Shown here: in pieces, positions 1 through 13,055 of the stretch | Position numbering within the stretch: the stretch's first letter is position 1 | Layout of the letters: every line of letters begins with the position of its first letter | Assembly: GCA_043228905.1 (NCBI GenBank) | Contig: JBHGNT010000011.1 | Span: forward strand, 12,524,001-12,588,000 | DNA length: 64,000 nucleotides | Reading direction: 5' to 3' | DNA from: Azolla caroliniana | Taxonomy: Eukaryota > Plantae > Polypodiophyta | Translations under genes and position numbers: made by a program | The notes under the pieces: generated by a model | What the model was told of the DNA's origin: nothing | Database searches by the model: none | What the model saw: only the letters and a program-made list of their open reading frames with translations

Positions 1-76
1 AGCTTGCCAATGACCCTTGCCCCGATAATGCATATACATGCTAACTATACTAACAACTTGTGAACTATTTTGTTTT

Positions 77-488
77 GGTTGAGCGGCAAGCTCAATCGGA
101 GCCGGATCGGCTGAATAAGCCGGAGCCGGTAAGCGAGACGGATCGTGTGAAACGGATCGGTATGACGGTGAGCAACCGAACCCGCAAGCAGTGGAGGCTG
201 GGTGCAATCCGTAACCGGAAGTCCAATCGAAAGCCTAGTATAGGATAGACTACTAGGTAGCTATAGTCTCGTAGTAAGTGTCAGATGCTTGTGTGAGCAT
301 TGAAGTACATAGTACTTCTGTCAGTCCCAAGAGGACTTGTATAAATAGTGCTACTTAGCACAATGTGTATACAGAGTCTTGAAATAATTTTGAAATAGTG
401 TTCTGCTCTCTCTGTCTCTCCTTCTCTCTCTCTCTCTCTTTGTGTTGTTCTTTGTTTTTTTACGCTTCCGCAAACACTCACGTTTACA
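77..488 (+). repeat. E1 5' LTR (starts GG instead of TG)
   Basis: Highly similar to 5583-5992, ends in CA, followed directly by the PBS. Confidence 0.9.
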
Positions 489-500
489 TGGTATCAGAGC
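489..500 (+). promoter_or_regulatory. Primer-binding site (initiator tRNA-Met)
   Basis: TGGTATCAGAGC directly after the LTR. Confidence 0.95.
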
Positions 501-582
501 GCGAGGGTTGAGAACCTCTGCTGCAGACATTTACTCTTGAGAAGAAAACCCTAACAGGTCGAAAACAGACACAATAGAAGAC

Positions 583-3500
583 ATGGATAGAGGCATGGCT
601 ACGTCGCTCCCGGTGGAGAAGCTCGACAAGAGCAACTATGCATCCTGGTCTTACAAGATGCACCAGTACGTGCTTGGACACGGGTACTGGAGTTATGTCG
701 AAGGAGCGAATGATGCGGCGCCCGACTCGGCACACAGGGACTTCCCGGTATGGGAACAGGCGGCAAGCAGGGTGATGTACTGCTTCGCGTCCAGTGTCGG
801 CGATCAACTGCTCAGCCACATCTGTGACGCCAAGACACCGAAGGATGCTTGGGGGAACCTGAAAAAGGTTTTCGCCGCAAGCACCACTGCCCGGAAGCTG
901 CAACTCAGACAGGAGTTGAGCAATGTTCGATAGAAGAACATGTCCGTGGCAAACTACACGGGCCGGATAAAGGAGATCTGCGACTCGCTCGCCTCTATCA
1001 ATGTTACCGTAGAGGAAGATGAGATGGTGCAGGTATGTCTCGGAGGCCTGGCGTCCAAGTTCGGAGGATTCCGGACTGCGGTGTGTACAAGGGAGAATAC
1101 CCCCTCATTCTTCGACTTACAGTCGATGCTCCTTGTAGAGGAGAACCACGCCGGTGCATCTACCAGTGCATCCCCAGACAGCCGAATGGTGTACACGGGA
1201 ACGGATCGGCTCCATGGGCGTGGTGGAAGAGGTGCGTTGGCACGCAATGGAGGCGGCCGACAAGAGCAGGAACGGAGGCACTATGAGTGTGCCGACAGCA
1301 GTTCCGGGACTCCCACAAGCAGGGGGAGTCAAGGCGGTGCCGGAGGCCGGCAAGAGAAATCCGGTACGGAATGCTGGTACTGTGGCAAAAAAGGCCACAA
1401 GGAAAGCGAGTGCTGGAGAAAGCGTGCCGATTCGGACAAATCCGGATCCGGCAAGACCGGTAAGGATGGCCGACAAAACTCGCACTACGCAAATGGATCA
1501 GGAGGATCCGGAACCGGAAAGGCCGGTAAGGGGCCAACCTTGGTGATGAATCACAAGGCAAACTCAATGAAAAAGACCACTTCCAAAACGAAGGAAGTGT
1601 GGTATGTTGATTCTGGTGCGTCGAACCACATGACGAGCCACAAAGAGTGGTTCTCCCTTCTGGAGAAACCGGATCAACCAGGAGTAGTCGAAACCGGAGA
1701 CGACACTCCTCACCCAATCGTGCACGTCGGAGAAGTCCCTCTAAGCCACGTCGGACAGAAAGGGAAGCTGATGAACGTATTACACGTTCCGACAATCACG
1801 AAGAACCTGGTGTCCGTCGGTCAGATTGTCGACCAGGGGATGCAGGTGCGGTTTACGCACCTCGGGTGCTTCATTGAGGATGAGGGCGAAGTCATTGCGC
1901 AAGGGCGCAAAGACGGGAGGATGTTTATCCTCAACACCAATGACTTTGGCACCGCTCTGTTCACGAAACGACAGAAGGTTGAGTCAGACATCGACCTGTG
2001 GCACAAGCGGATAGGCCACGTCAACTACCGGAGGCTTCAAGACCTGCAAACGAAACAAGTCGTTTTCGGTTTGCCGAAGTTCAGCGGCCGGAGAGCCGAA
2101 ATTTGTGAAGCCTGCCAACTTGGGAAGCAACACCGGCTTCCATTCCCCACCGAACGGAACCGGAGCCGTAACAAGCTCGATCTCATCCATTCGGATGTGT
2201 GGGGACCGGCACAAAGTGTAAGCCTTGGCGGGAGCCGATACTTCGTCTCCTTCATCGACGACTATACTCGACATACTTGGATCTATCTCATTGAGTGGAA
2301 GAGCGAAGTCTTCGACAGTTTCCGGAGCCTCCAGAAGATGGTGGAACGGGAATCGGAGAGGAAGATCAAATGCCTTCGGTCGGATGGCAGAAAGGAATAT
2401 TTTTCCGGCCAATTCACTAGTTATCTGCAGCAGAAGGGAATTCGGCGAGAGTTCAGTTGCAGATACACAGCGGAGCAAAACAATGTGGCCGAAAGGAAGA
2501 ACCGGCAAGGGCAATGCTGGAGGAGAAGAGCATGCCCCGGTTCTACTAGGCGGAGGTGGTCCGGACGGCCGTCTACATACAAAACCGCATTGCTGACAAG
2601 GTGTCCGCTCATGAGCTGTATTTCGGGCGCAAGCCGGACTTAAGACACCTTCGGATATTCGGCAGCATAGCGTATGTGCATGTGCCGGATCAGAAGCGGA
2701 GAAAGCTAGATGAAAAATCGGAAAAATGCATTCTAGTCGGCTATGCTCAAGAGCAAAAGGGGTATAAGTGCTTTAACCCCCGGACGAAGGAAGTCCGAGT
2801 TAGCCGGGATGTCGAGTTCGATGAATCGGCATCCTGGTACTCCGTACCGACTCTGACTTTTGATCCCAACCCAATGCCGGAAGATCAGGCCAGTGAGCCT
2901 GAATCAGCCCTGGTAGAGGATGACGAAGCCGGAACTCAAGATGAGAGTCCGGAATCGTTACGGTTAAGTGGACCGAACGAGCGACTGAGTCGGTTGGACC
3001 AGTCGGATGAAGAGACGGCAGGTGGTGGAGACTCTGCCGTGCTCTCCCCGCGCAAGGAACCGAGGAAACGGTTCACGTGCAAAGAGAAGGGGAAGAGGAA
3101 GATGCCGGAATTCGAAACCGGCAACGATGAGTCAGGTCAGTGCGTATCCGACTCCGAAAACGAGAAAGGCGAATCTTCGGCAACGAAGACCGAACTGGCC
3201 AAGAAGGGCCTCAAATCAGGTGACGGTGCATTGCGCCGATCAACCCGCCAGAAGGATCCCGTCATGCGGTACGGGTACAATGAATACATGGCGCATCATT
3301 ATGTGTACATGACTAAGGTGACAGAAGTGTGTGAGCCGGAGAGCTATGCAGAAGCGGCAAAGGACGCAAATTGGCGTGCCGCTATGGATGAAGAAATGCG
3401 GGCACTCGATGCCAACGAGACTTGGGACCTAGTTGATCCTCCCCGTCACTGTAAACCGATCGGATGCAAGTGGGTGTACAAGGTCAAGTACAACGCCGAC

Positions 3501-5477
3501 GGTTCTGTTAACCGGTACAAAGCCCGGTTAGTGGCGAAGGGATACGCGCAGACCCACGGAATCGACTATGACAAGACCTTCGCTCCTGTGGCGAAGATGA
3601 CGACGGTTCGTGTGGTACTGGCGGTTGCTGCGGCAAGGGGGTGGCATCTTCACCAGATGGATGTGAAGAACGCCTTCCTTCAAGGAGAGCTTGAAGAAGA
3701 AGTCTTTATGACTCAGCCCCCCGGATTTCAATCGGAGATGAACAAGTCGGCAGTATGCCGACTGAAGAAGTCGCTTTACGGCTTGAAGCAAGCCCCCCGA
3801 GCTTGGAACGCGAAGATCACGCACCGGTTGCGTAAGCTGGGGTTTGCTGTCTCTAAGTCGGACTCTTCGTTGTTCATCCGGCAAGGCTCTGACGGTCCGG
3901 TTTGTATACTCTTGTATGTGGATGATTTAGTCATCACCGGACCGGGTCTTCCCAAAATCAACCGCGTCAAGTCCCAGTTGTCAGACGCATTCGAAATGAA
4001 GGACCTGGGGGACCTTCATTATTTTCTTGGGATCGAAGTGATCCGGACCCTCGACGGCATATTGCTCTCACAACGACATTACGTGTTGAATATGCTGTAT
4101 AAGTTCGGCATGAGGGATTGCCGACCTATATCCACACCCCTGGACCGGAACCAGAAGCTCCGTCCCAACTCCGGACCGGCCTGCAATGAGAAACGGTTCC
4201 GACAGGTTGTCGGAAGCCTGATATACTTAACCATCACTCGACCCGACATCAGCTATCCGGTCGGCGTGGTAAGTCAGTTCATGCAGAAGCCGACCGTGGA
4301 GCACCTTCAATGCGTGCAACGAATATTACGGTATGTCAGCGGCACTAAGGACCGAGGACTGCTATACCGGCGAGGTATACCCGAAGAGCTTGTCGGTTAC
4401 ACAGATGCTGACTGGGCCGGCGATGCGTCTGATCGCCACTCCACTTCCGGATACATGTTCTCCATAGGTAGCGCGGCCGTTGCGTGGAGCAGCAAGAAGC
4501 AGCCCACAGTGGCTTTGTCAAGCATTGAGGCTGAGTACCGGGCCGCTACCGTTGCCACTTGTGAAGCCATCTGGCTTCGGCGACTGCTGCGAGACTTGCA
4601 GATCGAGGTACCGACCCCGATCCCGATTTACTGCGATAACATGAGCAGCCTGCAGCTCGCCAGGAACCCTGTGTTCCATGCTCGCACAAAGCACATCGAG
4701 GTGCACTACCACTTCGTGTGTGAGCGGGTCCTGAGCGGTGAAGTTGACCTACGGTATGTTCATACGGATCGGCAAGTAGCCGACATCTTCACCAAGCCGC
4801 TCGGATCGGACAAGTTGCAGCACTTTACCGACATGCTTGGTATTCAGCATCTCGACGTGCCGCACTTGAGGGGGAGAAGCAAGGGCAAAGGCCAAAAAAT
4901 TGTTGAACCCGTCGGTAAGAGGAGAGCCAGAAGAAGAGGAGACAAGAAGGTGAAGGAAGCCGAGTCAACGAAGGAAGTTGACACATTCGAACAGGTCGGA
5001 GCAAGCGGTTGTGAAGAAGAGTTGTGCACTCAGGAAGAGAAGTGCATGTTGTGCGGAGGTCATCATGACGGTACTGACCATGATGCGGAGTCGAATGAAG
5101 AATTCGATTTCGGTTCACCAGCTGAAGAAGTCGAGGGAAGCATGGAGAAGGCCAAGACTCGAAAGTGGTTCGATGTGGTGAGAGGCTTGAAGCCGGAAGT
5201 CGAATCGGAGTGTATCGATTCAGACAAGAGCTGGAACGAGTCGGAGACAGCTGACTCGGATCAACAGATGGATCCGGATGAGTCGGATCAACTGAAGGCC
5301 AAGGGGACACGGACACAACGGAAGTCGATGCCATCGTGGGAGAACCGACGGATCGGCAAGCACCGGAGTCACAACAACGTGAGTGCTGAGATGGGCCTAT
5401 TGAGCAGACATGCCGACCGAGAGGGTCGAGGCGTGCAGAACCAAAGGGGTCGCAGCAAACGGGACCGGACCGGATGA
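583..5477 (+). pseudogene. E1 gag-pol polyprotein: in-frame TAG at 931-933, deletion/frameshift near 2505, long C-terminal tail
   Basis: ORFs 583-933, 940-2643 and 2556-5477. Zinc knuckle CWYCGKKGHKESEC, protease WYVDSGAS, IN HSDVWGP, RT LYVDD, RNase H DADWAG...RTKHIEVHYHF. Confidence 0.92.
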
Positions 5478-5582
5478 GGAGCGCGAGCAAGGCGGAGTGA
5501 CGCCAGGAGAAGTTGGTTGGAAGAACCGACTGCCACAGAGGTCGACACTACGACCCCACCTCAGGTTGAGCTTGAGGGGGAG

Positions 5583-5992
5583 TGTTGAGCGGCAAGCTCA
5601 ACCGGAGCCGGATCGACTGAATAAGCCGGAGCCGGTAAGCGAGACGGATCGTGCGAAACGGATCGGTATGACAGTGAGCAACCGAACCGGCAAGCAGTGG
5701 AGGCCGGGTGCAATCCGTAACCGGAAGTCCAATCGGAAGCCTAGTATAGGATAGACTACTAGGTAGCTATAGTCTCGTAGTAAGTGTCAAATGCTCGTGT
5801 GAGCATTGAAGTACATAGTACTTCTGTCAGTCCCAAGAGGACTTGTATAAATAGTGCTACTTAGCGCAGTGTGTATACAGAGTCTTGAAATAATTTTGAA
5901 ATAGTGTTCTGCTCTCTCTGTCTCTCCTTCTCTGTCTCTCTGTGTGTGTTGTTCTCTGTTTTTTTACGCTTCCGCAAACACTCACGTTTACA
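5583..5992 (+). repeat. E1 3' LTR
   Basis: TG...CA termini, preceded by PPT CTTGAGGGGGAG, followed by TSD GTTTT. Confidence 0.92.
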
Positions 5993-7099
5993 GTTTTGTA
6001 CACACCACTGCATACATCAAGCTTCCAATTGCATTTGCATACGCGACTTTCGCCATGTATTCTCGCACTTCATCAATTGTTGGAGATAATCAGCTACTCA
6101 GTTTCGAATGAAGAGCAAGTGGAGTACTTAGAAATTTTCTATCATTGTACATACTAAAATGTTGTAGTATCTTCTTCAAATACTACTTCTATGACAACCA
6201 AAGTTTGTTCCTCTCTCTATCCCTACTTATCTCTATGTCGAGCATTTTCTTCGCTTACCCCAAATCCTTCATCTCAAACTCTTTACTCATTTGAGCCTTC
6301 AACCTATCAATCTCAACTTGACTCTTTGCTGCAATTAGCATATCATCAAGATATAATAGTAAGTAGATGTATGAACCATCTGGAAGATTGTGCAAATACA
6401 CACAATGATTGTATTTGCTTCTCTTGTACTTCTGACCCTTCATGAACTTGTCAAATCGTTTGTACCGCAATCTCAGACATTATTTTAGTCCGTACAACAA
6501 TTTGCTAAGTTTACAAACCCAATTGTCTTTACCAAAAACCTTGTATCCTTTTGGTTGAGTCATATAGATTTCCTCCTTCAAATCACTGTGTAGAATGCAA
6601 TCTTCACATCAAGTTGAGCTAGCTCCAAATTCAATTATGTTACCAAGGCCAACAAAATTCTCATGGAGGACTGTTTTACAACTAGAGAAAATACCTCATT
6701 ACAATCGATTCCCTCCCTTTGAGAATAGCCTTTAGCCACCAATCTTGCCTTGTAGCGAATGTCTTCTTTATCCGAAAATCCTTCTTTCTTTGCAAATACC
6801 CATTTGCACCCAATTTCCTAAATTCTCCCTTTCAGTACTTGTGTCAGCATCCATGTCTTGTTCTTCTTAAGATATTGCATTTGTTCTTCCATTGCACTAG
6901 CCTAGTTGCCACTTTCTGTGCTCCGAATGGCCTTTGGGTAGGTGGATGGAACATTATTTGTTTATGTACTCTATGGGCCAACCTCCTACTATCACTTCCT
7001 TGGAATTTTTTCTTAATGAATTTGTGAAAGTTCTCCAATCAATAACACACTTCATGAAAGGAATATGATCCTTCAGTAAGTGCTTGGAGACGGATCTTG

Positions 7100-8170
7100 T
7101 CCAACTCCCTTCAAACGGAGGCAGAAGTCCAATGTCAACTACTCAATTTTCAGTTTACACGTCCCCACAACCTCTTTCCCATCCATCGTTTCTAAATCAT
7201 TTATTGGAATGATAAGAGTGTTCAACATATAGAACCACTTGGTAGCTACATCCTTCCTAATGTTCGTTACCGTATGTCTAGACATCGAATTTAGGTTCAT
7301 CCGGTCTTGATTGTATTTCTTGCACAATCTCCTTGCCAGGATGTCTATTGTCAAGTACTTCCTTGTTTCCCAAATCTTTCGTCAACTGAGTTTGTCTTTC
7401 TCCTACGTCGGTTAGCAAATCATATATATTCTCTTTCTTAGTTTTCCATTTGGATGTATCATGGCTTGTCTTTTTTACTATGTGTGTTTTGGTAACCTGA
7501 ACACAAGGACCCCCAACGCTTGTTTGTGGCACATCATTGGCAACATCTACTAGAGCTTTCCTTCATAACAAACATTCCTTAACTAAATGTTCCATTCTTT
7601 TATATAAAGAAACATTGATTTGGTAAACTGGCATATAAATTTTTTTGCCTCTTTCCACATCCCCATTTTCTAAACAAGGTAAGTTCACATATGCCAGCAA
7701 TGATTTTTCTCTAATACATAATAATTTCATTGTTGGTATTCTAGATAATTGACCCTGTTTGTTATAATTTTATATAAGCTTTTAATACTAGTCCGATTAA
7801 ACCCCTAACTGATGCAAGAAGCGATGACATTCCTTATGCAATTCCGGAAAACTCGTAGTTAAAACTAGAAAAGCATGTTGGGTCTCTTTCATGGGGTCAA
7901 AAGCATGTTTCCATTCCTCAAATTTAACCCATGCTCCCCGTTGTCAACAAATTTCATAGAAAGTAATACTTGGACAGATGTCGAATCTTGAAACTCGACA
8001 CGGGAATAGCTTCTTCTAAGAAATTGAACACCTACAATATGTCTCATTTCTGCTCGTAATCTACCCTGTAACAAATGCCACAACTCTTGTTGATTCGGTC
8101 GAAGTCCTAATAACTATATAATTAAAGAAAATTGTTGCAAGTGGTGGATCGCTTGTCACGTCCATAGTTC
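7100..8170 (-). pseudogene. Degenerate L1-type LINE ORF1-like remnant
   Basis: Minus strand VQFLRRSYSRVEF (RRM/DUF4283-like) followed near 7570-7630 by LPNQCFF...EHLVKEC, a decayed CCHC knuckle. Many stops. Confidence 0.45.
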
Positions 8171-8326
8171 ATTTTGCTCTGATAGGTGAAGCTCGACCAT
8201 CAGCCCTCCAATAGGTTGGAAATCGAGAAGCGATTCACGAGATCCTTCCACCATTGTAGCTACCTAGGCCATCATCGTTCTATACACAACACATACACAT
8301 GTGTATCAAGTGAAGAACCCCAATTA

Positions 8327-8675
8327 AACCCCAATTTCAAGTGTGAATTAACATGGATTAATACATGATCAATGCATAATGAATTATTATCAAATCCAGG
8401 AAATGGCATGGTGTGATTTACTTCTAAATAGAAAAATAAATAAATTTAACCCCAATTTCAAGTGTGAATTAACATGGATTAATACATGATCAATGCACAA
8501 TGAATTATTATCAAAGCCAGGAAATGACACGGCGTGATTTACTTCTAAACAGAAAAATAAATAAATTTAACCCCTATTTCAAGTGTGAATTAACATGGAT
8601 TAATACATGATCAATGCACAATGAATTATTATCAAAGCCAGGAAATGGCACGACATGATTTACTTAGAAACAGAA
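8327..8675. repeat. Tandem repeat, 121-bp unit, about 3 copies
   Basis: AACCCC(A/T)ATTTCAAGTGTGAATTAACATGGATTAATAC... starts at 8327, 8448 and 8569. Confidence 0.9.
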
Positions 8676-9754
8676 GAAATTATTCTATAAAGGAAAATAA
8701 AGAATTACATTGTTTTTCGACAAGTTTGGGTTATTTTCGAATAATTTCTCAGACTTAGACCTAGAGATTGTACTTATTACTTAGGTGCATTGTGAGGTTA
8801 TATTGGTTTTATAAGGTAACTATCTATTTTAGGTATGCCTTGGGTTACATCACTCTCTCAAGTTTCCACTACAAATATAACATCAATGCCTTGAGCTACA
8901 ATACTTTGTCCTAACCCTTACTCCATGGATATCCTCGGTAGTTCCAAAACATGATTTTTAAGTTTGAGGTATGTGTAGTCCCATAGGACATTATTTCCTA
9001 TTGATTTGAATTCGTTTCCTAGATGTATATGCTTGCCTTCTCCATTCTTGATCTTTTGGAGTTCAATCATCTACTGCAAAGAAATTTGTGCCATTTAAAT
9101 ATACCTTACTACTATGTAAAATAATAGCTCTTTCATGTTCATTTAGGATTGTGCAAACATTAGTGACATTATATTCCCTTCAAACTTTTGTTACTAACCC
9201 TTTGCGTGGCATATATATTAACATTTCACATAGAAAGATGACATTTGAAAATTTTTGCAATAAGAAAAAGTGCATCTTGCATGCCTCTGATAACAACATT
9301 CTTCTTTCAATTTCATATTAGTCTTTTACATCTTGTACATTTTTGAGCTAGAATTCATTGTTAGATCCGACCTAATATGACCTATAATATATGTGAACGT
9401 GTGTAGCAACTCTTGATATTCAAGAACTTTACCAATGAATGCAGCAATCGAGAGTGTATCCTATGACTATAAGAGAAATTCATGCAAGTATTGGGTTTGG
9501 TTGAAGATGTGTGGAAAGCATAGTCAAATTTGAGGAAAGGTAAACCATTGCATCAAAATGGAATATTCAAAATCTTAAACATTTTTTGGGCAAAATGTAC
9601 ATAATCAACTACTCTCATCACTTGGGCTCCAATGCCTTGAAGCAATGGTTCAGATACTAGACAAGCGATAAGCTCTAACATGTATTGGTGCATGTGGTTT
9701 CCCCTTTCAGCGAAGAATATGGTTTTGTAGTTAAGTGCAACATATGTTTAAGTA

Positions 9755-10098
9755 TTTTGAGAATCAAACTCAACTTAAGTCATAGTGTGTGAACACACCT
9801 TTTGAGAATGTAGCTTCAGTCAAAGGTCAGAGGTCACCACTACTTTCTAACATTAATTATGTGTCATAGAATAACTATGACAGATAACTAATGAGTTTCC
9901 ACATTTCCCATGACACATGAGATTCTATACTTCCTAAAGAGAGGGAATACAAAGAGAATGTAAAGAGAGGGTGACTTTATATAAAGCACCTCCCTCCTTC
10001 CTTTGTACTTGTTTGGTTGCTAGTGTATTTTCTTATTCCTTGTTAATATACAGTTGAGTCTTTTACCTTCTATCAATATTCTATCTATCTTATGTCTC

Positions 10099-10131
<33 letters not shown>

Positions 10132-10151
10132 CTAATCTATTCCGCTTAACA
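9755..10151 (+). mobile_element. Degenerate solo LTR related to the E5 LTR family, containing (CA)15 at 10101-10130
   Basis: Shares GAGAATCAA.CTCAACT..TAGTGTGTGAAC and AGAGAGGGTGACT..ATAAAGCACC with 59143-59516 and with the reverse complement of the E5 LTRs. No clean TSD. Confidence 0.6.
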
Positions 10152-10611
10152 TAATTACTCTAAGCAATTATTTACAAAGTATAATGTGTGAATCAGAAGC
10201 TCTGCAAGATTAAGAGGGCGTGTATAACCACCATCAACAAGAGGCGAAGTAGCCATTAATCATTGGGAGTTTACACTGAAACTCGAGGATTCCCTCCTTA
10301 AAGCCTCACTCTTATTCTTTTCTTGATCGTCGTCTTCTTCTTCTCCACACCATACTTGTTGTCATAGAGTTTTATTTTCTAATTCACCATGAAATCTAGG
10401 ATTCTCAGTTTATGATTTACTTTTCTGGAATTTTAACATTGTTGTAATCGTTTACCCCAACAACTTTTAATCCCTATTTTATAATGGGAAATTTCTTCCT
10501 TAATCTAGCCTTTCTAGAATTAATATTGTTAAACCAATTTATAATCTCAAAATCTTCGGATCAATTACTTGTTAATCCCGCACTTAATTAATTGTTTTGA
10601 TTGCTACTCCA

Positions 10612-10790
10612 TTCGACTTTGGCCTAACTTTGAGTCTGGGATATCTTTGAGTTTGGCTACCTTTTGTCACGGACACACCACCTTCAAGTCTGGCCTAACT
10701 TCAACTCTGAACTACCTTTGAATCAAGGCTACCTTCGACTCTAGTCTACCTTCTACTTTGTCCTACCGTCGACTTTGACAATAATTCGAC
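10612..10790. repeat. Degenerate ~17-18-bp minisatellite (TTCGACTCTGGCCTACC-like)
   Basis: Repeated CTACCTT/CTAACTT and TCGACT motifs at roughly regular spacing. Confidence 0.5.
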
Positions 10791-10919
10791 ACTTACGAAC
10801 CCTGGAGTCATCCATCCTCTCTAGTTCAAGTCCCTAATGGTTCCGTTCAAGTAGCACACGTACGCTCATAACTTCACGACAACACAAATGTTTCAACAAC
10901 GTTGAGATTCTTGTTTGAT

Positions 10920-12880
10920 GGATGAGACTTGGAAAGTGGCCTAATCATATTGATACCAAAGGTATCATCTCAATGGAGGCCTATTTCATTGATGGGAGGG
11001 TTGTACAAAGTGTTTGCAAAGACATTATCTAATAGACTTAAGAAATTATTACCTCAATTTAATCACGTATCTTAATATGGTTTTATTCCAAGCATAAATA
11101 TATTTCATAATGTATTGAATGTTCAAATGGTTACTGATTATGCTTAGTATACACATCAAGAAATGATTGTGGAACAATTAGATTTGGAAAAGGCATATAA
11201 TCATGTTACATGGTCTTTTTCCTTAGGAGCGATGTATATTATGGGGTTTGGTCCTCATATGTTTTATAAACATATTTTTTGTCTGGGAAAAATACTACAT
11301 CTCATGTGATGCTTAACAATAGAGTTACTCTTGTGTTACTAGATAGGTGTGGTAAGGATTTCCACTTAGTCCACTGCTATTTTCTATTGTTACACATCCT
11401 TCGTTACTAATGTTGTCTAATCTTGTAGATAGTGGTGATACTGTGGATATGCATCTTCCTTTTGGAGGGCAACTAGTGTTACAAGCCTTGCTTGATGATT
11501 CTTATGTTTCTACAAGCCTCAAAAGTAAATGTTGAAAGGATTATACAAGTTTGGGATAAATTAGACTTGGCTTCAAGGTTGCATCTAAATTGGAGGAAGT
11601 CTTGCAAATTTGACTACAAAGAGTGATTTGCAATATTTGGGATGGCAAGGGTCACCAATTACAGGAGAATAAATTTATTGGCATTTGGGGTATCCACCGG
11701 GTGTTAATTTTGCCAATGTTTAGATAATTCACTAAATTGGTACTAAATGGAAGGAATTATTTATGTATTAGAAGAATCAATTATGACCAATTCTTGTATG
11801 ACTCAAAAGTGGTGCAATGTATCAGGATACCAATGCGATTATATTTTTTACAATTGTTCCCTTGGACTATAAAGGACGTGGGGCTTTTAATGAAGTCAAC
11901 AAGAGGCCCCGATAGAATGGTTATAGTAGTGGAAACATGGATGCTTGAATGGAGATGAGGTTAGAATTCAAAGCAACATCATGAGACAAATTGTTGCCTA
12001 GATGCCAATATTTGGGATATTGATGTACTTTTCAATAAAGTTCATGACCCAAAGCATTATGAGTTTTGTGTTGAATATGGGATCGGCCGCAATCGATTAC
12101 CAAGCACAAACGAGAAAGACAGAAAACTGAAATAACAGAAAAACGATGCACTGACACAGAGACACAAGATATTAATGTGGAAACCTTGAAATGGGGAAAA
12201 ACCACGGGAGCCCACAGACTCCGAACAAAATCACTATATCGAGAGGAATACAGTAAGAGACTCAAAGGCGACAACCTCAAGCTCTTCTTCGTTTGTAGAC
12301 AGTTACAGATTTACAACTCTCTCACTCACACTAGTTACAGAGGCAACTACACTAGTTACAATCTAATGCACACTAATGATTCATCATACATATAATGATT
12401 TTCCTTAAGTGTACTTATACTCATACACAATATGGGCTATTTATAAATACAACCCACAAAGGGCACATTCAGGCTATTTCCAAATATAGCCCCAAGTCGG
12501 TTTCAACCAATTCGGTTATTTACTGAATCGATTATTACTCCAATTCTGCCCCAACTGAATTGGGAATCGGTCGATTTTTTGGCCTCGGCCGAGTTGCTGT
12601 TGTCCAATTCAGCTTATCTCTCCATCCGGAGGGACCAATTTTCCCAACATTTTGTGGGTTTATTTTGATGAGGATCAGGAAGGTTGGCTAATTCAAGCAG
12701 ATCATGGGACACATCCAATAAGCCATGAGATAATCTAGCCAATTCTAACATTATGGGAAGAATAAAACAAGGTGCAACGGATGCTTGATAGATAGATCAT
12801 GAACCACTGTCAAAATTGGTGGCTAGTGCATATCATCAACAAAATGATGGCCTGAAGGAGATTTTGTCGTCGAAGGTTAG
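10920..12880 (+). pseudogene. Degenerate L1-type LINE reverse transcriptase remnant, interrupted by a solo LTR
   Basis: Plus-strand motifs QLDLEKAYNHVTW (~11175), GFPLSPLLF (~11356), ALLDD (~11485) and HLGYPPG (~11682), matching LINE RT domains. The right boundary is approximate. Confidence 0.7.
12069..12649 (-). mobile_element. Solo LTR related to the E2/E6/E7 family
   Basis: TG...CA termini, TSD TTTTG (12064-12068, 12650-12654). Shares GTGGAAA..GGAAAAACCACGGGAG and CCATCCGGAGGGACC..CCCAACA with the E2 LTRs. Confidence 0.88.
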
Positions 12881-12884
12881 ATGA

Positions 12885-13055
12885 GCAGATTTGGCACATT
12901 GAGGAACCAACCCTTGGACTTGAAGGGGACATTTATACACCATGCCTTCAGACTATATATAAGGCAGGAAGCAGATTTGGCACATTGTGGAACCAACCCT
13001 TGGACTTGAAGGGGACATTTCTCCACCATGCCTTCATACTATATATAAGGCAGGA
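12885..13055. repeat. Direct tandem duplication of an 86-bp unit
   Basis: GCAGATTTGGCACATTG...TATATAAGGCAGGA at 12885 and 12971. Confidence 0.9.

Larger units (their letters stand above)
77..5992 (+). mobile_element. E1: full-length Ty1/copia LTR retrotransposon, coding region disrupted
   Basis: LTRs 77-488 and 5583-5992, TSD GTTTT (72-76, 5993-5997), PBS TGGTATCAGAGC 489-500, PPT 5571-5582. Domain order is gag-PR-IN-RT-RH. Confidence 0.95.
1..6850 (-). pseudogene. Old degenerate Ty1/copia RT remnant (1-76 and ~5998-6850), split by element E1
   Basis: Rejoining the flanks at the GTTTT TSD gives minus-strand YANAIGSLMYAVVCT/KQNSSQVVSIVSMYMHYRGKGHWQA. ORF 6255-6470 has YLLLYLDDML...EFEMKDLG (YxDD). 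Confidence 0.8.

Noticed and set aside
931-933. Programmed stop-codon readthrough in E1 gag
   Set aside because: The paralog E9 has a sense codon (CAA) here and its own stop elsewhere, so these are independent nonsense mutations.
954-5490. Numerous antisense and overlapping ORFs inside GC-rich pol regions (also in E2, E6, E7)
   Set aside because: These are expected shadow ORFs of GC-rich coding DNA with no recognisable motifs. Their recurrence only reflects paralogy.
8327-8675. 5S rDNA, because of the ~120-bp unit
   Set aside because: The unit is AT-rich with no 5S sequence similarity or internal control region.
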